A stretch of DNA of 42,073 nt from the NCBI GenBank assembly GCA_002633005.1, contig NMRA01000650.1, positions 185,075 to 227,147 on the forward strand, written 5' to 3'. The DNA comes from Phoronis australis. Taxonomy: Eukaryota > Animalia > Phoronida. A program made the translations under genes and the position numbers. Shown in pieces: positions 37,001 to 42,073 of this stretch; position 1 is the first letter of the stretch, and each line of letters starts with the position of its first letter. The notes under the pieces were generated by a model, which searched no databases, was not told the DNA's origin, and was given only the letters and a program-made list of their open reading frames with translations.

Positions 37001-37181
37001 ATATGAAAATACTGGAGTAAGGTTTTCCTCTGATATTCTTTTTAGTTTGATAAATGCTACACTACTCTTTATTAAAACGACTCTTTAGAGCATTTCAAAT
37101 TTGTTGAACAGGCTTTTTAATCTTCTCAAAGGGTGGCGACACTGTACTGCATGAAGCAGCTTGCAGTCTCGTGAATTATCG
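6925..37181 (+). CDS. Multi-exon ankyrin-repeat protein gene (partial): join(6925-7014,27634-27729,28295-28393,28751-28849,29208-29306,29857-29958,35452-35550,37132-37181)
   Basis: All exons have AG/GT boundaries and splice in frame to VRTAVKDGTCTKLVEYLASGWNVNQPLAEL-GRTALHLAAATGRTEVVRVLVQGGADVDVQDE-VGRTPLHRAAGWGHTDIVKVLLANKASVDVRDG-VGETPLYRAAWLGRTDTAKVILANKASVDVPDQ-LGETPLYWAAWWGRTDTVKVLLANKASVDVRDK-WGDTPLHAAAEYGRTEVVKLLCRESECDVHTVNK-IGDTPLHRACKCGHLDVVKLLVEEDGDVTVVNK-GGDTVLHEAACSLVNY, matching the ankyrin consensus GxTPLHxAAxxGHxxxVxxLLxxGAxVN. Start codon and 3' end not identified. Confidence 0.85.
12390..12855 (-). repeat. BEL/Pao 3' LTR (466 bp)
   Basis: + strand TGATGG...CACGACA; aligns with 18399-18871. 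On the minus strand it is preceded by the PPT-position tract CGGCCGGCGGAG (12856-12867); AATAAA on the minus strand at 12577-12582. Confidence 0.92.
13018..14424 (-). pseudogene. BEL/Pao integrase (zinc-binding region, rve core, DUF5641-like C-terminus), frameshifted
   Basis: ORF fragments: IIRCRGRLENANIPYDSEYPMLLP..HGG; LFTCTVTRRYHLELVTDMTTGAFLRAFRRFCSRRSLPSHVISDNASTF; APWFGGFYER; EIESVINKR..PLTPSHLI..WTRWKNEYLASLRERH..NRPIAKLYPLE. Confidence 0.93.
14626..15468 (-). pseudogene. BEL/Pao RNase H region (Pfam Peptidase_A17-like)
   Basis: LFDHLGFLSP, IHVFCDASTLAY, AKTRVKP..IPLPRLE, WSDSQIVLHWI, FVENRVREI, NPADLLTRG, LWWNGPSFL. Confidence 0.93.
15500..16330 (-). pseudogene. BEL/Pao reverse transcriptase, frameshifted
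   Basis: HYIPHHPVTKDSATT..VVYDCS; GTPLLNDL; SDIEKAFLNV..DRNFTKVLW; FGSSSSPFIL; YVDN in place of YVDD. Confidence 0.92.
16393..16979 (-). pseudogene. BEL/Pao aspartic protease region (DUF1758-like)
   Basis: VNVLFDDGSQRPF (D-x-G-S-Q motif), IDLLVGSDYYY, SKLGYLLRGP, YWDLETTGI. Confidence 0.85.
17080..18375 (-). pseudogene. BEL/Pao gag (DUF1759-like + three zinc knuckles), interrupted by stops
   Basis: LPKLHLPVFSGDQLKWLEYYHSFEDVIH..QKRQYL..LSGDAAKVI; knuckles CVFCNQGHTAYQC, (G)FNCLSDRHLKRD*, CRNCGQKHHTSLC. Confidence 0.92.
18380..18394 (-). promoter_or_regulatory. Primer-binding site (tRNA-His-like)
   Basis: Minus strand TGGTGCCGAGTGACC, 4 nt after the 5' LTR; resembles the tRNA-His complement TGGTGCCGTGAC with a 2-nt insertion. 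Confidence 0.7.
18399..18871 (-). repeat. BEL/Pao 5' LTR (473 bp)
   Basis: + strand TGTTGG...CATGAAA (terminus mutated); roughly 90% similar by eye to 12390-12855, with indels. Confidence 0.92.
21651..21835 (+). repeat. Inverted-repeat arm (outer), partner 25430-25609
   Basis: cactgcgactcaaaacattggtccggttaccgc...gcttgccagagctgttggcg...gtggcga...ggcgcttgtt matches the reverse complement of 25430-25609. Confidence 0.75.
22573..22880 (+). repeat. Inverted-repeat arm (inner), partner 24868-25175
   Basis: Shared blocks agtttgttaagtt.atcgtt.cagA.tta, gaaaatttgcaaaa, tcaacaaaacgcgtcaaa, gttctc.gttagtgt in opposite orientation; the spurious ORFs 22581- and 24949+ give homologous peptides. Confidence 0.8.
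23577..23935 (+). repeat. Dispersed repeat homologous to 26268-26630 (inside the Kolobok-like MITE)
   Basis: acgcattgtacttct, aaagatttatt, caacatgttat, tttttggtatgg, caagtggccgtc.gcaa, tgtttgcttgtcat shared in the same order. Confidence 0.8.
24868..25175 (-). repeat. Inverted-repeat arm (inner), partner 22573-22880
   Basis: Reverse-complement similarity to 22573-22880. Confidence 0.8.
25430..25609 (-). repeat. Inverted-repeat arm (outer), partner 21651-21835
   Basis: Reverse-complement similarity to 21651-21835. Confidence 0.75.
25633..25687 (+). repeat. Interstitial telomere-like (TTAGGG)n tract, degenerate
   Basis: ttaagg ttagaa ttaggg ttcggcg ttaggg ttaggg ttgggg ttaggg ttaggg. Confidence 0.85.
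25828..26842. mobile_element. Kolobok-like non-autonomous DNA transposon (~1015 bp)
   Basis: TTAA on both sides (25824-25827, 26843-26846). TIR AGGGACATTTCCTTATC / GATAAGGAAATGCCCCT, plus subterminal inverted block CAATTAAAGAG / CTCTTTAATTG. No transposase. TTAA TSD with RR..YY termini is the Kolobok signature. Confidence 0.72.
27634..27729 (+). CDS. Ankyrin gene exon B (96 bp, phase 0-0)
   Basis: tttctgcag|...|gtaata; GRTALHLAAATGRTEVVRVLVQGGADVDVQDE. Confidence 0.93.
28295..28393 (+). CDS. Ankyrin gene exon C1 (99 bp, phase 0-0)
   Basis: tacatag|...|gtaagt; VGRTPLHRAAGWGHTDIVKVLLANKASVDVRDG. Confidence 0.93.
28751..28849 (+). CDS. Ankyrin gene exon C2 (99 bp, phase 0-0)
   Basis: tacatag|...|gtaagt; VGETPLYRAAWLGRTDTAKVILANKASVDVPDQ. 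Confidence 0.9.
29208..29306 (+). CDS. Ankyrin gene exon C3 (99 bp, phase 0-0)
   Basis: tacatag|...|gtaagt; LGETPLYWAAWWGRTDTVKVLLANKASVDVRDK. Confidence 0.9.
29857..29958 (+). CDS. Ankyrin gene exon D (102 bp, phase 0-0)
   Basis: ctgtag|...|gtattg; WGDTPLHAAAEYGRTEVVKLLCRESECDVHTVNK. Confidence 0.92.
35452..35550 (+). CDS. Ankyrin gene exon E (99 bp, phase 0-0)
   Basis: atgtag|...|gtaaaa; IGDTPLHRACKCGHLDVVKLLVEEDGDVTVVNK. Confidence 0.92.
35593..36128. repeat. 41-bp minisatellite, ~13 copies
   Basis: Unit TTTACCTGAATAGTGAACATGTCATCTAACTTTGCTATAAC repeated head to tail with few substitutions. Confidence 0.97.
37132..37181 (+). CDS. Ankyrin gene exon F (half repeat; 3' boundary uncertain)
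   Basis: tcttctcaaag| GGDTVLHEAACSLVNY(R), then a candidate donor gtcagt at 37182; reading through instead hits TAA at 37228-37230. Confidence 0.65.
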
Positions 37182-37348
37182 GTCAGTTGAAAAGTGTGGT
37201 TTTGCCCCTGTTGCCAATAATATAAAATAAAAAGTCGTCAGGTCTTGGCCTCAAAATGGTTGCTTTATCCTTTGATTCTGATGTTCTCTTCAAATGAGCT
37301 ATTGTCCCTTTTACCGACAAATTTCCACGACTGCCCTCCACGGAAAAC

Positions 37349-38692
37349 ATGTACTGAATATGTCAACATACATTTCAGTGGATTTTAAGGTGGCGTGATT
37401 ATATGTTAACATACTCAAATTTCTTAAGATTTGACTGTATGGCTGAAAATTCCATCTTCCCAATGTAGCTGCACGTGTTTCAGCTTGTCGTGAAATCAAA
37501 AACTTCTGCAACTTGACAAAAAGATAAACTTAGCCGAGTTTTGCCGCTGACGCCCGGCTTGCACTCAATAAAATACTCCTGTCAACCCCTGATTGTCTGT
37601 GATATAAGCACGAACCACACTCTCACTTTTGCTCATTAATAAGACACTGTACCTGCCCAAGTACCATGGAATGCAGCCATTCATCTTTATCGTTCCGCTT
37701 GCTGCGTGTGCGCGTATTGGGGCCATGCGCCTTGATTGTGTTTATGAGATGCAAAATGGCAAACATTGACGTACATTTAGTCAAATGAAAAGTACTGACA
37801 CTTGATGAAAAAATAAAATAAAAACATCCCGCTTACGAAAGGCACCTGGACCAACAAGTGCGTCTACACTTTACGTGCAAAGCATTTGAACAGAATTATT
37901 TCGTTTGGACAACATCACCATTCGGTGTGCACAGGTGTTTTGGCCTAAATACGCGCACATATTTGAACGGCAATTGTTAAGTTAGGTGTAAAGTGCGGTG
38001 CGGAGAAACTTCGCTAACAGAGCGTACGATTGCCATTGCGGGTGTTGAATGTTGACTCCACACTGAGGTTGATCTCAGAAAATCCCTTCTCACCTTAATT
38101 TTAAACAATTAAGGGGACCCAAATCCAGCTTTGGGAACTTCGATTTCCTACAAATTTTACTTACAAGCTGCTAGACAAACTTGAACGCATACTTAGATGA
38201 ATTGCCGAAGTGGTCCTTAATGAAAAATGTAGACTTCAACGAAAACCTTGCAACTAAACGTGTAGAAAAATGGAAAGAGTTGTAGCTTCTTTTAATTTGA
38301 TAACTGTGTGTGAATTGAAGCAACACGGGAATAATTCGTAACACTTTGATTTGACTTATGTTTACCCATCTGAAAATATCGACGACATTCTACGATTCAT
38401 GAATGACTATTTCCAATTACTTACAAATTGGAGAATAATTTGCAAACCTGAAACGTTTTCAACTTGCATACCCACAATTATAATCCTTACGTCATCCGCA
38501 TATCCGCATATAGCGCAAATCAACAAAACGCGCAGGACCTACTAACCCCTGTGCCAGACAAGCAAGCGTTTTGTCAAATTGCATGAAACATTGCGAATTG
38601 GTGCTTGGACTTAAACTAATCGCGCATTTCTCCAAATTTGGTGATTGCTAGTCCCAATTGCGGTCCAGATGATAGTACACTGGAGCTAGGCT
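37349..38692 (+). repeat. Direct duplication, copy A (~1.3 kb)
   Basis: Collinear with 39188-41466, e.g. ttttacttacaagctgctagacaaa, aaaaccttgcaactaaacgtgtagaaaaatggaaag, tacactggagctaggct. Confidence 0.92.
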
Positions 38693-39187
38693 GTAACGGC
38701 ACTGAAATCGTTTCCACCTCGTAATTATAGTCACTGCTTTGCAATATCTAGCAAATCAAGTCTCTCGTACTGCATGGGTAGGTGACTTGGGCACTGACAA
38801 ACGTTACGTCGAGTTATGTTGCAGTCAAAACGCTGACGGCATGTTGGTCTTCCCCTCATTTCTTCTCAAACGTGTTATGTCCAAAAGGGGCCACAGCCTT
38901 ACAAAATCCTGTTTGGCAGAATTTGGCATCCAGTTTTTATTTCAATTCGAACACAAATATTTATTTACTTTGAAAATTTGAATAAAACGTGAAGTATGCA
39001 AGAAAGGTAATGAGAAGCTTAGAAATATCCCCTGAAACCTCTGGTTCGCTTGGTACTTTAAATCAATGGAAACAGTGGATTTTGAAGTTGATCATCTAGA
39101 TTTTTGAAGTTCTTTAATCATTTAATTTAAAAAATTCTAACCTCATGTCTTGGACTCTGGCCCACGGGGTCTAATCTCTAAGTGCAG

Positions 39188-41466
39188 ATGTACTGACTAT
39201 GTCAACAGACATTTCAGTGGATTTCAAGGGGGCGTGATTATATATTATCGTACTCAAATTTCTTACGATTTAACTGTATTGCTGAAAATTCCACCTTCCC
39301 AATGTAGCTGCACGTGTTTCGGCTTGTCGTTAAATCAAAAACTTCTGCAACTTGACAAAAAGTTGAAATTAGCCGAGCTTTGCCGATGACGCCCGGGCTG
39401 CGCTCATGAAATACTCTCACTGTTTTAAATTACTTCTCATCGATAATACACTGTACCTGCACAACTACCATCAATGCAGCCATTCATCTTTACCGTTCCG
39501 CTTTCTGCCTGTGCACGTATTAAGGGCCATGCACCTTGAATGGATTTGCTCATGCGATACAAAATTACAGACGTCGACGTACAGTACATTCAGACAAATA
39601 AAAGTACTGACACTTGATGAAAAAATAAAACCAAATAAAAACATTCCGTTTACGAAAAGCACCTGGACCGACAAATGAATTTTAAAAGATTGTCTCTACG
39701 TGCAAGGCATTTGAACAGAATGATGTCCTTTGGACAACCGAATCATTCCGCGTGTACAGGTGTTTTGGCCTAAAAACGCACATGTATGAACAGCAATCGT
39801 AAAGTGCGAAACGGAGAAACGGCGCTAACATACATGTAGCGTAAGACTGTCATCGCAGGTGTTGAATGTTGGCTCCACACTTAGGTTAATCTCAAAACAT
39901 TCCTTTTCACCTAAATTGCAAACAATTTCGGGGCCCCAAACCCACCTTTGAGAACCTCGATTTTCTACAACTTTTACTTACAAGCTGCTAGACAAATTTG
40001 AGCGCATACCTAGATGGATTGCCGAAGAACTCCTTGCTGAAAAATGCAGACTTCAACAAAAACCTTGCAACTAAACGTGTAGAAAAATGGAAAGTGTTGT
40101 AGTTTCATTGAATTTGATAACTGTGTGTGATTTGAAGCAACATGGGAATGATTCGTTGCTCATTGATTTGCATGTTTACGCTTCTGCGAATATCGCGAAT
40201 GTGTACGATTCACCAATGACTATTTCCAATTACTTACAAATTTGAGACTCATTTGCAAACCTTCGATTCATGTATAACTATTTCCAATTACTCATTTGCA
40301 AACCTTCGATTCATGTATAACTATTTCCAATTACTCATTTGCAAGTCTTCGATTCATGTATAACTATTTCTAATTACTCATTTGCAAACCTTCGATTCAT
40401 GTATAACTATTTCCAATTACTCATTTGCAAACCTTCTATTCATGTATAACTATTTCCAATTACTCATTTGCAAACCTGAAACATTTTCAACTTGCATACA
40501 CGTCATTATAATCCTTACGTCATCCGCATGTAGCGCAAACAACAAAACGCGCAGCACGCTTGCAATTCTGTAGCTTCTGATAGATTTCAATCAGCCGACA
40601 TGGATAGGAGTAAATTGGAAACATTTCCTTAGCGAGACTTGACGGTTCCGTAACATATTGTTAAACGATGATGCGTGTTTACTTTAAAATTCATTGTTTA
40701 CTCAAAAGTACTGAAAATGTACCAATTGTGAAAAGAAAAACACTTGGCGGATGATCGATTACTAGTACATGTGGAATATTTGAGCATTCTTCTTTGAACA
40801 AACAAATTACATTGCATTTTTATCATCTCGGTTTTCTTCTTGCACTTCTCTGACCCATGCGATTACATTTGTTTAGACGTTGTTGGATATAATGTTGCGC
40901 TTAACTTTATTTTGCTGAACTAATAGTAGTAGATCTCATTAAATGGATATCTTCTCAATGCGAATGGCAGAAAATTGAGAGAGTGCTTTGTGTGAGGGCG
41001 CGGACTCGTCGTTTTTCCGTAACCGGACTTTTCTGGGTTCCGAAAAAACTGTAGTGAGTCGTCAAGCGTTCGTGAGCTTTTAGTCAAACACCTTTTTAAA
41101 GGGACATTTCTTCCACACTCACCGCTGACTTGGAAACTGACCCACAAAACTATTCTTCAACGTATTGCTTCCGTTTTGACAATTAGGGAGACCTTCCCAA
41201 GTCAGTTTCAAGTAATCGGTTAATGGATTTAGAAACAAATGTCTATAATCTTTAGGTGGAAACTATTCCACGTGTGTTCCATAATTAAGTCTACCTTGGA
41301 CCCAATAACCCCCTGTGCCAGACCGTCAAACAAGTGTTCTGTCAACTCTCATGAAACGAATTGGTGTTTGGAATTAAATTAATCCAGCATCTGGCAATTA
41401 TTCTACAAATTTGGTGATTGCTAGTCCCCAATTGGGGTTCAGATGATGGTACACTGGAGCTAGGCT
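39188..41466 (+). repeat. Direct duplication, copy B (carries a minisatellite expansion and ~740 bp of extra sequence at 40555-41297)
   Basis: Collinear with 37349-38692. Confidence 0.9.
40261..40477. repeat. 43-bp minisatellite, 5 copies
   Basis: Unit CTTCGATTCATGTATAACTATTTCCAATTACTCATTTGCAAAC at 40261, 40304, 40347, 40390, 40433. Confidence 0.95.
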
Positions 41467-41959
41467 AGTAGTATAGTAAGAGGTTTTGGGCGCCCGTTTT
41501 GAGGCTCCTCGGTCAAAGGCCATCTATGTGAAAGGAGGTCACGTGGGATAACTGCGATCGGAATGGTATAACTGCGATCGGGACACCTACCGGACGGATG
41601 TGTCAATGACGTCATGACGTCATAGATTTAATTAGACAGGCAACTCGTTTTGCGGCTCCTAGCAACGGATTGAAACAAAAGATGATAATAACAAAACGTG
41701 AATTACCTTAGTTCGTGTGCGCCGAGTGTCGTTGTATATTGTGAGTTTGTCTCATCAAAAACAAAAGGCAAAAGGCGATAACCACCCAACCCAACAACAG
41801 ATGTCGTGTAAAGTCTAACCCAGGCCCCGACGGTACTGAGCGAATCGTACTACTAATACTAATAATAAGAAGAAGCGACCAGCTAACGCAGAACATAAAA
41901 CCGATAGCGTTTAAACGTGTATTAATGACAAACCAACACTACAAATATCATACAAATAT

Positions 41960-42073
41960 AAAATCATCAAAACGTTCAGTAGTCTATAGCAAATTAATCA
42001 AATGTCCGAATTAAATGTTAAAATCATCAAAACGTTCAGAAAAGTAGTCTATAGCAAATTGATCAAATGTCCG
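41960..42073. repeat. ~60-bp tandem repeat reaching the window end
   Basis: aaaatcatcaaaacgttcag(aaaag)tagtctatagcaaatt.atcaaatgtccg, twice. Confidence 0.85.

Noticed and set aside
40261-40477. Possible CRISPR array
   Set aside because: Head-to-tail repeat without spacers, clearly derived from adjacent sequence.
37349-41466. LTR pair of a TRIM/LARD-type element
   Set aside because: No TG..CA termini, PBS, PPT or TSD recognised.
1358-41896. Remaining 60-140 aa ORFs in the track outside the BEL element
   Set aside because: No recognisable domains, many non-ATG starts, composition typical of AT-rich non-coding DNA.

Overview
AT-rich eukaryotic (animal, probably invertebrate) genomic DNA, mostly intron and repeats; no prokaryotic genes, rRNA/tRNA or CRISPR arrays seen. 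Nearly all entries in the ORF track are spurious or are pieces of one retrotransposon. Contents: (1) the 3' end of an internally deleted Ty3/Gypsy LTR retrotransposon (1-1277). (2) A multi-exon ankyrin-repeat gene on the + strand that the ORF track misses, with exons at 6925-7014, 27634-27729, 28295-28393, 28751-28849, 29208-29306, 29857-29958, 35452-35550 and probably 37132-37181; roughly one repeat per exon, and its start and end were not found. (3) A full-length but decayed BEL/Pao LTR retrotransposon (12390-18871, minus strand, two LTRs, AAACC TSD) in the 20.6-kb intron of that gene. (4) MITEs, inverted and direct repeats, two minisatellites and an interstitial TTAGGG tract. The most interesting signal is a ~457-bp exon+intron unit present in three tandem copies. 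The exons differ more than the introns, almost only by amino-acid-changing substitutions, and these cover the ankyrin binding-surface positions that are randomised in DARPin libraries. This suggests a natural modular, diversifying recognition protein (inference). All alignments and counts were done by eye.
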